Source: Eledone cirrhosa (lineage: Eukaryota). Taken from it: DNA of 64,000 bases. The position numbers and the translations under genes were made by a program. This document shows, one piece after another, positions 10,942 through 23,211 of the stretch. The notes under the pieces were generated by a model. The model did no database searches, was not told where the DNA came from, and saw only the letters and a program-made list of their open reading frames with translations. Position 1 is the first letter of the stretch, and each line of letters begins with the position of its first letter. The stretch spans positions 336,164,001 through 336,228,000 of the forward strand of contig OZ024741.1 of the NCBI GenBank assembly GCA_964016885.1, read 5' to 3'.

Positions 10942-12897
10942 ATCATCATCATCATCATCGTTTAACGTCCATATTCCACGCTTGCATGGGTTTGGATGGG
11001 AGTTTTCCCACTTGAGGCAAGAGTGGTTGTCTTGCTCGCATAGGACTGTCTGGCGGGTTTTCTACGGCTGGATGCCCTTCCTAACACCAACCACATTTAC
11101 AGTGTGGAACTGGGAAGTTTTTACTGTGTTACCTACATGGCCACATTACAGCGTGAACTGTGTGTTTTTTTGTCGTGACACCTACATGACCTCATTTGTT
11201 TCGGGCTGGATGTTGTGGTACCAACATAACTTTACATTGAAAAGGGTGGTGTGGATGGGGTGGTTGTAGTGGGACAGGGTGTATTTTGTTAGAGGTGCCT
11301 ACTGACTGTAGTAGGTTTCACTTTGTACTTAGGTAAGGTGGGTCTTCTCTATTACTGTGTAGCACCAAAGCTCTCGGTCCAGTGACATTGTCTTGGAGAG
11401 GTGTAAGTGTGTGAGGTCGGAATTTATCAAGTCGTCCCAGGTTTTTCTGGGTCTGCCTACTCCGTGGCTACCGTCAATTTTTATTGCCCTGCACTTTTTT
11501 ATACAGCTGTCGTCTTTGATGCGCATCACGTGACCATACCAACGTAGCCTTCTCTCGAGTAAACAACATCTGATCCCTCTTATTTTAAATTTTTCCCTTA
11601 GTTCGTTTATGCTTTGCCGTTCACGTATATTACTATTACACATCCAGCGGAGCATGCAAGCTTCGTTCCTCTCCAGTTTGCGTATATCCTCTGTACAGAG
11701 GATATACGCAAACTGGCCAGGTCTCACTGCCATGCAACATTGCTGTTCGTATGCAGGCATCATACAGACTGCCTTTCATTTTTAGGGAGAACCCTTTAGC
11801 GGCTAATAGTGGTATAGGCTCTCTGAACTTTTTCCATCCAGTTCTGACTCTAGCTACTGTAGTTTCAGAGCACCCTCCCCCACTGCTGATTTTGTCACCC
11901 AGGTAACGGAAGCTGTCCACTATTTCTATAGAACCATCTGTGCAATGGAATGAGCTAGTATTCTCTGGGCACTTGCTGCTACTTATTGCACCAGAGCACC
12001 GGCCACATATAAAATCTATGTTCTTAGTTAGCTTACCTGTGATCCCACTACATCTTTTATGCACTCATACTTTGCATTTTGGACATAAAATGGAGTTTCT
12101 ACCTACTCCTTTCCTACACACTGAGCATGGCCATTTCCCGGATGGGACCGGCGCCCTATTTTCCTTCCTACAAACTAGAACTTTAGTCTTAGACAGGTTA
12201 ATTTTAAGGCCTTTTGATTCTAGGCCATGCTTTCATGTTTGGAATTTCTTCTCTAGTTCGGCCATTGATTCAGCTATGAGCGTTAGATCATCTGCATTTA
12301 GGAGTTCCCACGGGCAGCCAGTCTTGAACTCCACTGTTATAGCCTGAAGGGCAATAATAAATAGTAGGGGCCTAAGAACGGAGCCCTGATGAACACCAAC
12401 TTTTACGCTAAACTCTTCACTATATTCGTTGTTAATTCTAACCTTGCTGACTGTTTCTTTATACATGGCTTCTATAGCTCTCACAAGCCATTCATCAACA
12501 CCTAGTTTTCTAAGAGCCCACCAGATAATGGAACGGGGGACTCTGTCGAAGGCTTTCTCCAAGTCGACAAAAGCTAAGTATAGGGGTTTACTTTTAGCTA
12601 GGTACTTCTCCTGTAGTTGTCGTACAATGAAAAGAGCGTCTGTGGTACTTTTGCCTGACAAACCCGAACTGCATTTCATCTAGATCAATTCTCTCTCTGA
12701 TTAGTTGCGCTATTACTTTTTCTGTGACCTTCATGACCTGGTCGATTAATTTAATGCTTCTATAGTTACTCCTAACTAGGGAATCTCCTTTACCCTTGTA
12801 GCAGTTAATGATGATGCTGCTACGCCAGTCCTTTGGTATGACCCCATTCTGTATGACTTTGTTTACTATCCGGGTGACCATGGTGTGTCCCACCGTT

Positions 12898-12900
<3 letters not shown>
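10942..12900 (-). mobile_element. 5'-truncated, inactivated copy of the same RTE family
   Basis: Peptides nearly identical to the RT/C-terminal half of the 3486-6614 ORF; YADD changed to NADD, frameshift near 12660, in-frame stops; (ATC)n tail at 10942; 5' end abuts (TA)n. Confidence 0.93.
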
Positions 12901-12940
<40 letters not shown>

Positions 12941-12942
<2 letters not shown>

Positions 12943-13667
12943 AGATAGAAAAATGCGTACAGCAAAAAAAAGTAATATTATTGGAATATAAACCTTTAAA
13001 AATACAGGACAAGAAACTAAAATAAAACTTTAAAGAATTGGACAAGAAATAAAAAATTTTACAATAATATTAGTGGCAAAATGTTTATTGGTAAAAAATC
13101 GAGTTCCACATTCATAGGCTCTGGATTCCACATTCACAGGTCGTCGTCAGGTACAGGAAGGGGGAGCAGGAGGACTGGAGGGAGGACGGGACAGAGGGAG
13201 AGAGGACCGGTGGTTGAGGGAGGTGCCGTAGTCGGTGGTCTGAGTCGACATCTTGTCCCGGTCGTCTTCTCCATCTTCGTCTGGTGTTGCGGGACCAGAA
13301 GTGCATTCTTGGAGGAGACCTGCAGCTGCATCGGCCAATTCTTCTTGCAATGGTCATTCTGACGGAGCAGAACTGCTCAGCCAACCAACCTCAACCAGAA
13401 CCAACCACTCAGGGGCAATGCACAATGAGAGCATGACAATTATTATGCACTAATCAAGAAGATACTGGGGCATAGCACAGGAAACGAATAAAAAAATTTT
13501 GCCACTAATATTGTAACATTTTTTATTTCTTGTCCAATTCTTTAAAGTTTTATCTTAGTTTCTTGTCCTATTCTTTTAAAGTTTTATTTTAGTTTCTTGT
13601 CCTGTATTTTTAAAGGTTTATATTCCAACAATATTACTTTTTTTGCTGTATGCATTTTTCTATCTGG
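12941..13667. repeat. Long inverted repeat (arms about 12941-13085 and 13495-13667) around a GC-rich core
   Basis: ccagatagaaaaatgcgtacagcaaaa... versus ...ttttgctgtatgcatttttctatctgg; the right arm has an extra ~30-bp tandem unit. Confidence 0.9.
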
Positions 13668-13941
13668 TCTACTATTTTTTAAGGCAATGCACGCAACAAC
13701 TATCTAATAATTAAATGATCATAGTGAATTACTGACAAGTGATTGACATTTTAAAGTTCTTTTGAGTATAATTGCAATCTAGTTGAGGCAACTGGCTTAA
13801 TGACAAAGCTAGTAAATCATGAATGCATTTGAGATGATTAGTGCATAATAGTGAATTGGTGAAACTTGTACATTTCAATGGTGTTACAACAATAGATGTA
13901 AGTTATATAGTGGTAATACTTTATCATTTTAACTTTTTAGA

Positions 13942-14301
13942 ATGGACAAAAACCCATGCAAAGAAATGACTTTGGCTGCAGTGATTCTCTCCAATTTACT
14001 TACAAAGCAAAACGTGGTCAAATACCTTATCATCTCTGATAAAATGCCCATTGAATCACTGAAAATCGGATGCATGGAATTCCTCATAAAATGCACCTAT
14101 GAATCGGAAGCCATCACATATATCAATGGATATAGGGAGTTGTTCACACTGGAAGACCATCACTTCATTTGTGACTTCATCAGTTATCTCCACGATTATC
14201 TCAGACACCCAATGCCATTGATGAGAGGTGATCCAATGTGTGAGCATGTAACTAATCTTATAGAAGTTGTTATCGACCACCTGGCTTTTAGTGACATTTG
14301 A
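13942..14301 (+). CDS. 119-aa ORF resembling an SPOP-type BACK domain (possible exon)
   Basis: SNLLTKQNVVKYLIISDKMPIESLKIGCMEFLIK..AITYINGYREL parallels the SPOP pattern [42 protein letters not shown] (recalled, by eye); preceded by an acceptor-like tttttag. Confidence 0.5.
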   Translation: MDKNPCKEMTLAAVILSNLLTKQNVVKYLIISDKMPIESLKIGCMEFLIKCTYESEAITYINGYRELFTLEDHHFICDFISYLHDYLRHPMPLMRGDPMCEHVTNLIEVVIDHLAFSDI

Positions 14302-14472
14302 CTGATAATGATGTATTTTTAAAAAGTATGTGTACATTCTTGTTACTATTTTAAGGCAATGCAAGCAACAACTATTTAATAAAATTTAAATTTAAAAATG
14401 ACCATTGTGCATTACTAGTATGATGATATTTTATTAAGTCACAAAATTATTCAGTCATCCATAGAACAAGGA

Positions 14473-15234
14473 TCAGGTGGCAAAAACATCGGCAAAAATT
14501 TGTGTCAATTAAAGATTTCCAACATTGTTCAAATGAATCATATCTGGTTTGAAGTCAGATTTGTCAAATTTTGACCAATTTTCAATGTTGTGAAGATTGG
14601 GCAAGTTCAATTTTTGAATCATTTCTTTCATGCAGTAATTAAACTTTTCCAAACGAGAATTTCTCTTGTCCAAGTCATTTTTATTTTAAATTACACTTTG
14701 TGGGCGTGGAATGACACCACTATTTTCTGTAGCCTTGCAAAGAGACTCTTCCCCTGTTTTTCCAGTTTTGTCCCTCGAATGGGCACTTTGTCCTTAATTT
14801 ACAAATAAATGATTAATAAAAAATACTTGGGCAAAAATTATTGTATTACTTTGCACAGCTTTGTAGTGCCAATGGTGCGACGAGGATTCAGATCATTAGA
14901 GCCAACATGAACCACCAATACTTTCACAAAAGGACAACAGATAACAATGTTGGCGATTAACATTACCTGGCCCTGACGGGCCCCAGGTATACAAAATATC
15001 TAAGTATTTTTGTTGGTATGATAAGTAAATACATTTGAATTAATATTTTTATACCTTCTGGTCATTCGATTTCGCCACATTTCTAATTATGGATTTGTAA
15101 AAACTGGCATGAATGTGAATTTGATCAGTCCAATTGCCCGATTTTAGTGAAAAGTTTTGATTCGAAATGGAAATACTCCATTTCCGTGCCATGGAAAAAA
15201 TGAATAAGCCGATCAAAAAGCCGCGAAACATCAT
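14473..15234 (-). pseudogene. Spliced SGNH/GDSL-type hydrolase pseudogene
   Basis: Manual translation: KSIIRNV..K |55-nt GT-AG intron 15054-15000| IFCIPGAR..VLVVHVGSND..; then SGVIPRP..EKFN..KPDMIHLNNVG. These are SGNH blocks I, II, III and V in order; stops and a frameshift are present. Confidence 0.72.
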
Positions 15235-16151
15235 TTTTAATTAAGCGAAATTAGTGGATGCAAATCTCAGAAAATATTGTACACTATTCGCACCTATCGC
15301 ACTATTCGCACCTATCGGTACAAAAAATCGCACGACTGTTAATAATACTAGAAGTGCAAACTATCTGTTGAATACCTGGTATATGAAGAGCAACCGATAC
15401 GATCGGTCGGCGATTGGTCTTGAAGAAGAATGAAGAATGAAGTGAAATTTTGGTCTGGTTGTTGTCATCGGTGTTTCGCAGAGATGCCGGCACGAACAAA
15501 GGTGTCAGTGACACAAAGTTGTCCGCTTGGACAAAGGTGTCGGTCCGACAAAGGTGTCAGTCAGACAGACAGTCAGACAGTGTCACAGTCGGTGCGACAA
15601 AGCGATCGATGCGATTAAAAAAAATTTAACTCACATGTTTACCTATATTTTCGCAAACTATTGATAGATTGGTACAAAAAATAGCTTTGATAATAAACAT
15701 AAATTTTTAACGAAGTATTTAAAAAGCATTTTAGCAGTGAAAAGTGAAGTAATGTTTCACACTGACGCAAGTAGGGTCATTCAGAAATGATGTAGTCAAT
15801 TAGGAGGAGGGGATTCACCGATTTGACTACATTTGACTAACGTAATCACAATCACAAGAGTTCCGCCGAAAAAAATTCGTCATTTCTGGATTACCTCCCC
15901 TAGCGTCACGCTTACTACTCACTCACTTGAACACAAGATTTATGAGCAAACTTTGATTATAAACTTTTTCCCGCTGGACCAAATTTCTAGATTTTTAAGC
16001 CAAAAGATGCGTAATGATCTACTGTTCATGCTCATATAAGTTTTATCTCAGTTAAATAAAGTAGAGCCACGCTGTACTGTCGTAAACAGACGATTGCCAA
16101 CGAAAACACGACCACAACAATATTACTAAACGGACTACCGTCCGTTTAGGA

Positions 16152-16190
16152 TATATATAGTAATATACATTTATATATATATATATAGTA

Positions 16191-16240
<50 letters not shown>

Positions 16241-16344
16241 ATATATATATATGTATATATATAGTAATATATATATATGTATATATATAGTAATATATAT
16301 ATATGTATATATATAGTAATATATATATATGTATATATATAGTA

Positions 16345-16421
<77 letters not shown>

Positions 16422-16502
16422 GTAATATATATATATGTATATATATAGTAATATACATATATATATATATATATGTATATTACTATATATATATATATAT
16501 AT
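16152..16502. repeat. TA-derived compound microsatellite with ~26-bp superperiod
   Basis: Repeats of atatatatgtatatatatagtaat. Confidence 0.9.
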
Positions 16503-16604
16503 CATAATCGTGATCATCGTTTTTATGTCTGCTTCTCCATGCTTGCATATATATGTGGATATTTGAGTATAAACGAATATATGTGCATGTATGAGTGAGT
16601 ATGC

Positions 16605-16637
<33 letters not shown>

Positions 16638-18547
16638 TGTATGTATGTATGTATGTATGTATGTATGTATGTATGTATTTGTGTTTTTAAACCTTTGTAT
16701 TTTAAAAATGTCTGTACATAAATTAGCTAAAAACTAAACACATGTCACCCATCAAACTTTTTGCTCATTTTCAAGTTTATATATAAATCACATATGTAAT
16801 AAATAGTGTAGTGGTTCAAATAATGTTTAAAAAATACAGTTTTAAGCAAAAAATTCCATCTGCAAATTTCAAGATGGTTGAAAAATGACTTAACTTTATC
16901 TAATTAGTATTTGTAAATGATAGATGTACATCTTAAGTTCTGTAAATACCACTAATCAGACTTGGTATGCTAGTTGCTTATGCTAAGCTATATTTTTTAG
17001 AACAACCAGTTCAATATCTAATTAAATATGCAAATTAGCTAGTTGTATATTTAAATCTCAAATATTCAAATTAAGTGCAATAATTCTTCAAATTTTGAAC
17101 TGGGTTATGCTCATCATAAAATGTGTTATAAGTTTTTACCTTATTTAACCATTTTGATACCAAACCATTTCAAACATCGCCTGGTTCTATGATATTGCTG
17201 GTCTTGTGCTAAAATTAAAAGCTGGTATTAAACCAGCGATGGCTCTTTAAAGCTGTATGGCTTAAACATTTTTTTACCTTATTTCTAATGACATACAATA
17301 CTTATGTTTCAATTAATTTTGAAAATAACCAACAATTTTGATGAATTTTATAAAATAATTTTGATAAATTGATATTCAGAACATAAATTAACAAAATTGT
17401 TCTAACATTATCCCTTTCATATTTCTAATGAAATACACTTCCTATGATTTTCAAATAATTTTGAAAATAATCAAGAATTTGGAGGAATTTAGTAATATAG
17501 CTAATTTACTTATTATTAAGCTGGTGTTTGGGACATAACTTAACAAAGGCTCTTACATAAAATTATAGTGGAAGGTATTTAAATAAATATAAACACTTTT
17601 AAAACAGACAGCTTTGAATTAGGGGAAGTTTCTGGCACTTTGGTAGAAATAGGTAAAATTATTATAGATGTTTCAAATTTAAATATGAGCACTTTAAAAT
17701 TAATAATTCTGTATTAATCTCTAGTGTGTTAGTAGGAAAAACGTTAAACAGAGATATTTATTCAGGTCAAAGGTATGTCTGAACATATTATGGTCTACAT
17801 TATAAGAGATAGTTTGGGATAGATCTTGGCCTACCTGTATCATATCTAAAAGTCTAGTATCTGTCTTGAATCTGGCTCATCAGGCTGATGCTTATCCTGG
17901 TTTCCATGGCATGAAGTGACTCCGGACAGGATGCCAGTCCAATGCAGGGTTAAACCTTCAACTATTGCTGGTTCTCATTTTCAGCTGACTATACTGGAGC
18001 AATGTGAAATGAAGTGTTTTGCTGAAGAACACCACACAGCCCAATCCAGGAATCAAATCCATGACATTATGATCATAAATCCAATACCCTTACCACTAGG
18101 CCACACACTTCCTCTGGTTTAATGCTAGCATGAGATCTCTTACTGTATACAAAGTTTCAGCAACAGTATAGCTTTATCATTTTTATAAGGAAAATTAGAC
18201 TAGAAAATACATATACATCCATTGCTGTAGCATTTCTCATAGTTTGAATATATTACAAGAAAATAGATAGCAGAGTTGTGCTGTGGCTTCAGGCTATTGA
18301 ATATTGATTTCCTTCATTGTTACAATGCTTTATATTTATAAGAGAAGTGAAATTAAATTGTCTTCATGCCTTTCTATAGAATATTATTGATGTAAATGAA
18401 GTGAAATGGTTAAAAACCAACAATTGAAAATAAGATATGAATTATTCTTGCCAGGAACTTGCTATCTGGTCTACGAAAACGATGGCTTTCATTGCTTGCA
18501 ATTGGATAAAACTATTAGGAATTGTCACAACAATAATAATAATAATG

Positions 18548-18740
18548 TTGATATTGGTAGTATCGGTAGAGCGTCAGACACCATGTTTTACAGCATAGAG
18601 TTACGGCCCTTTGCGCTCTGAGTTCTATTCCCGCTGAGGTTAACTTTACCTTTCATCCTTACGGGCGCAATAAAATAAAATACTAGTAATGCACTGGGTA
18701 ATTGCTGGCCTTGTGCCAAAAATAGAAACAATTATTATTG
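18548..18740 (+). mobile_element. Second tRNA-derived SINE family with (ATT)n tail
   Basis: tRNA-like head, core ctttcatccttacggg..ataaaataaa..tact, tail ggccttgtgccaaaa..gaaacaattatt. Related copies near 2000-2115, 19460-19575, 23335-23520, 41030-41208, 46990-47181, 52045-52265. Confidence 0.75.
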
Positions 18741-18744
18741 TTAT

Positions 18745-19445
18745 TAGTCTTATTTTTGTTGTGCATCATTACTGCATTACTGAGCGCAGCCCTGCACCTT
18801 GGATGTGCATTGTAGTTTTTGGTGGTGTAGTTTCTATTTTATTGTGAGTACTCATTGTAATATATGTGCAGTGCATAGTAGTGCTATTTTTTGTATGCTG
18901 GTAAACATTTGTAAGGCCTGAGGGTTTTGGTTATGTATCTGTCTGCGTGTCTTTTTTATCACTCCCAGAGCACCTATTATTACAGGTATTGTTTCTGTTT
19001 TCATCATCTACATTTGGGTTATTTCTATCTCAAGATCTTAATATTATGATTATTATTGTTCCCTCATGCAGTGCATATGGACAATGCACTGGGGTATTTA
19101 CTCATCTGTCAAGTCGCAAGGACATCAGACAGATAATACTTTCCTCAAAATGTGCGCAGTATGTAGCAAAGCCACTTTTTGTATGACACCCGGCTATATG
19201 GTATTCCCAGTCACTTTAAGAAATCTTGAAGTTACAATGGGATTGACCCTATTACCCCGATCCAGACTGGTATCACTTTCACATTACCCTCTTGCATTCC
19301 AATAGTCTTGTCAGCTCCACTTTCAATTCAGAGTACTTGGTGTTTTTTTCAATCTCCTTACTTGCAATATTTGTGTCATTTTGTATGGCTATATCGATGA
19401 TCTGACACTATTTTTCTTGTTCAATCCAACAATGTCCGGTTGTTG
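18745..19445 (-). mobile_element. Two adjacent 3' fragments of other R4/Dong-like elements
   Basis: Minus-strand remnants PDIV...IIDIA...KEIEKNTKY and IQKVALLHTAHILRKVL; second piece TIPVIIGAL...QKIALLCTAHI. Confidence 0.65.
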
Positions 19446-21039
19446 TTGTTGCTGTTATTAGCCGAGGTTAACTTTGCCTTTCATCCTTACGGGGTCGATA
19501 AAATAAAGTACCAGTAATATACTGGAATAATTGCTGGCCTTGTGCCAAAAGTAGAAACAATTATTATTATTATTATTATCATTATTATTATTACCCAAAA
19601 CATTTCATGTTGAAGGTTTATAGACACATCAAAATTGAGAACCACCAGATGTTTATTGATCCTGGTAAATCTTCTGTTATGTTAAAACACCACAAATGCC
19701 TTTGAGAAAACCATCTATGTCATACTATCTTATTTTCCTTACTTTATCAATTCAAGGTCTTGTGTCTACGTAGAAAAAAAAATCAATAATTTACCTTTGT
19801 TCAAAGTGTTTTTGGACAAATATTTTTATATCAGATGAAGCTACTGTTCAATGAATTACAAATATATTTTCTTGCATTTGTTAAATTTTTTTATGATATT
19901 CACAGTAGAGACAATTGCAATTGTATGTTTCAGAAAACTGGGTTATAGTGTTAAGAAAGTCACTTCTATGTATGGGACTCTTTCGGCGTAATGTGTATGT
20001 CCTTAATGTTTGTGGCAGTAAAAGGGGATTGGATATCATTGTGTGATTTAGAACTAATATTAACTACTAGATACAACATTTATATTATTTTTCTATGTTG
20101 GAGTTCATTGGTAATACCAATAATGGTTTCTGATTTAGACACAAGGCCAACAATTTTTGGGGAGGGGAAAGTCAATTAAATCGACCCCAGTGCTTTATTT
20201 TATGGACCCAAGATAACACTAAATAATGTAGTATGAGATATATAACTGCTAAAGAAAATAAAAGTTGAGGTGATCGAAGAAGGAATGTTTTGCCTGCGAT
20301 TTGACTGTTCAATCTTTCAAAGCTCTTCATTAATTAATTGAAATAATGTGTATTTCGTTAGAAATGTGGTAACGAAATGTTTAAATTATTTGGAAGAAGT
20401 TAAAGGAAATTATTCTTTTATCTTTATATATATAAAAGCGAGGATGTGTGTGTGTCTGTGTACAACTTTGGATACCTAAGGCTTTTACAATTACCAACCG
20501 AATTTGACCAAATTTTCTGTGCACGTTGCACAGGTCGCTAAGATGGTCACATCACAAACATTTTTCCAATCGCCCCCTGTTGAGCAATAAAAAATCGATA
20601 TCAAAATTATCGGTAGCAAAATTGATGTAAGGGAAATAACCAACTTTATTGACAATCCTTATAATAAAAGGGAGATAGCCAACTTTATTGACAATCCTTA
20701 TAAAGAGAGTGAGATATGGAGACCTTCGTTTTCAATTTTAAAACAACAATCATCGTCGGACGAAATTTCAGAAATATAAACATCAGATTTATCTTCAAAT
20801 GAATCTGATGTTTATATTTCTGAATTGACGAGATTTTGATGATGGTTTGTTTATTTTTAGAACAATCCTTATGGGACTTTCTATTCAAACCATTGGGACC
20901 TACAGCTTTTACATTTTTAAAGTAATTTCGTCCACATTTGAGGCAGGCATTATCTATGCTTCCAGCTGTATTCGTACACATCAACATTTTTTGACAATGA
21001 AGGAACATACTGAACAGGATTCTTCCTGGATGTCCACGG

Positions 21040-21561
21040 ATATATAAATCTATTGATACTGTATGTGATCCACAGGATGTGGTCAACTATCCAGTTGAAT
21101 TTCTAAATTCTTTAAATCCTCCTGGTTTACCTCCTAATACATTCGTTCTGAAAGAGGGAACGCCAGTTATTTTGCTGAGAAATATCACTCCTCCAAAACT
21201 ATGCAATGGTACACGCCTTGTGGTTAAAAAACTGTCTCCACTTAGTATTGACGCTACCATTCTATCCGGATGTGGAAAAGGCCAGGATGTGATAATAACA
21301 AAAATTAGCCTGACTACATCAGGCGTGGATACTCCCTTCTCCTTTCGCCGAACCCAATTTCCCCTTCGTGTTGACTTTGCGATGTCCATAAACAAGTCGC
21401 AAGGTCAAACTCTGTCCGTCACTGGAATTCACTTGGATGAACCTTGCTTTTCGCACGGACAATTCTACATTGCCTGCTCACGAGTTGGCAGTCGAGATAA
21501 TCTCTTTGCGTTTGTTCCGAAAAGAAAAACAAAGAATATCGTCTATCCTGATGTGCTTTAG
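21040..21561 (+). pseudogene. C-terminal fragment of Helitron PIF1-like helicase
   Basis: YPVEFLNSL.PPGLP..L.LK.G.PVILLRN..PPKLCNGTRL, RRTQFPLRVDFAMSINKSQGQTL, FSHGQFYIACSRV, TKNIVY. Confidence 0.92.
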
Positions 21562-21577
21562 TGTTAACAAAAAAGTT

Positions 21578-22344
21578 GGCGATATCCAATTTTAGTGGAC
21601 TAAATGCTGCTTACGTGCTGTAGTTGCTGTTTACTTCAATGTATGAGGCTATTCCAACAAATTTACATTCCCTTTTTTTTTAGCCGCTAAAAGAAATATA
21701 GATTTATTTATTGTTTTTTTTTTGCGAATTATTTGCCACTGGGGCATAGATTTCTTTATTTGCCACGTTTTTGTTTGTTTGTTTGTTTTTTTGCCGATCT
21801 GTGGGGATATGTCGCCGGCCAACAAATGGTCCTCTTCTTCCGATACCACTTCGAAAGAAGGATCAAGGTGGAGAGAAAGGCACTCAGTCCCAGCCAATTC
21901 CATGAAAGATGGGTGAAAGTAGCAATAATGCCCGTGTAAGTGGGCCATCTCTCTATATCGGCTTGTACAGGTAAGAGAAGAAGGGAGCACCCCTCTCTCT
22001 GTGCTCCCTGGCAGAAAGGTCGCACACTTTCTACGGGGGTGTGTGTGACTCCAAAAGGCTGCCTCTCTATTGAGGACTTAATTTTTTATATTCCTTTTTA
22101 ATCACTCGTTAAATGTTTGTACTTGATTTTTGTAAAAACTTCCCCCGTGGCAAATAAAGAAATCGTGGCAAAAACGAGGCAAATAAAGAAATCTATGCCC
22201 CAGTGGCAAATAAATCGCAAAAAAAAACCCAATAAATAAATCTATATTTCTTTTAACGGCTAAAAAAAAAGGAATGTAAATTTGTTGGAATAGCCTCATA
22301 CATTGAAGTAAACAGCATTTAGTCCACTAAAATTGGATATCGCC
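21578..22344. mobile_element. Merlin-like (or Mutator-like) MITE nested in the Helitron
   Basis: About 180-200-bp TIRs starting GGCGATATCC; 8-bp direct repeat AAAAAGTT at 21570-21577 and 22345-22352. Confidence 0.75.
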
Positions 22345-23211
22345 AAAAAGTTTATTACAGCTCTGCCTTGACTTCACCTTACTCGTTACAAAACATACCA
22401 ATGAATATGTCATGCAGGATATTTTGGATTATAAGTTCAAAATTTAACCATACACAGCAAAAGATGCTCTCAAAGAATAGATTTTCTCTTATTCTACTCT
22501 TATTGTTTTTTTGTTTGTATACAACTATGCTTTCATTACAACTTTTTGTACTTTAGCAAAACTGCCTGTTTTTTTACAGATTTGCAACGTGTATTGTCTT
22601 TAATCATTTGTATAACTACATCCTCTTCAGTGTTTTCCTTCATTATCAACATAGTTTTATGTGTACAAAGATTGCACTAAATATTCGTTTGCATTAATTA
22701 TTGAAGACTTCTGCTAATTTTGACAGGTTGGGACAAATAATGTTCTTCTTTTACTTCCTAGCTGTATATTCTTAACATAATTTCAAACCCCGAGCAACGT
22801 CGGGTAAATCTGCTAGTTGACAATAAAATAATTATTTTCTATATGTTGAGATAGCCTAGCTGTACAGTTAAAAAGGGCACTTCATTGTCATAAGGTTCTA
22901 GGTTGAGTCCTTTGATCAACATAAGAGTAAAAATGGGTCAACAATAACCGTCCACCATTATCACTACCTGCGTCATATTTAATCTCTCTGAGAATTTACA
23001 GGAAGGATACACATATCTGTGAAATACTCAGCCACTTAGTGCTGTTTAAAGTTATGGGCATGCTGGCAGTTGCTCAGGAGCCCACCAGGCCTAGGAGGCC
23101 AGATGCTAATCTATGTATACTGTAGTTGTGTATGTAGAGTATCCAGTGCATTACTTTTCCCAGAGACTTACAATGCAGTTTAGATGGCCCCGCAACCACT
23201 TACATGTTAAT

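Larger units (their letters stand above)
12941..16151 (-). mobile_element. Putative Helentron/Helitron-like element with gene cargo, between two TA arrays
   Basis: TA repeats at both ends; terminal 10-bp hairpin CTAAACGGAC-tacc-GTCCGTTTAG (16126-16149); GACA/GTCA microsatellite at about 15557-15590; minus-strand ends read A|TC...CTGG|T. No RepHel coding sequence seen. Confidence 0.5.
20421..22816 (+). mobile_element. Non-autonomous Helitron
   Basis: A|TC start (atctttatatatataaaagcg), subterminal hairpin CCCGA-gcaacg-TCGGG, CTAG|T end, internal RepHel helicase remnant. Confidence 0.9.

Noticed and set aside
21079-21561. Host PIF1 gene
   Set aside because: Only the C-terminal fragment, enclosed by Helitron termini.
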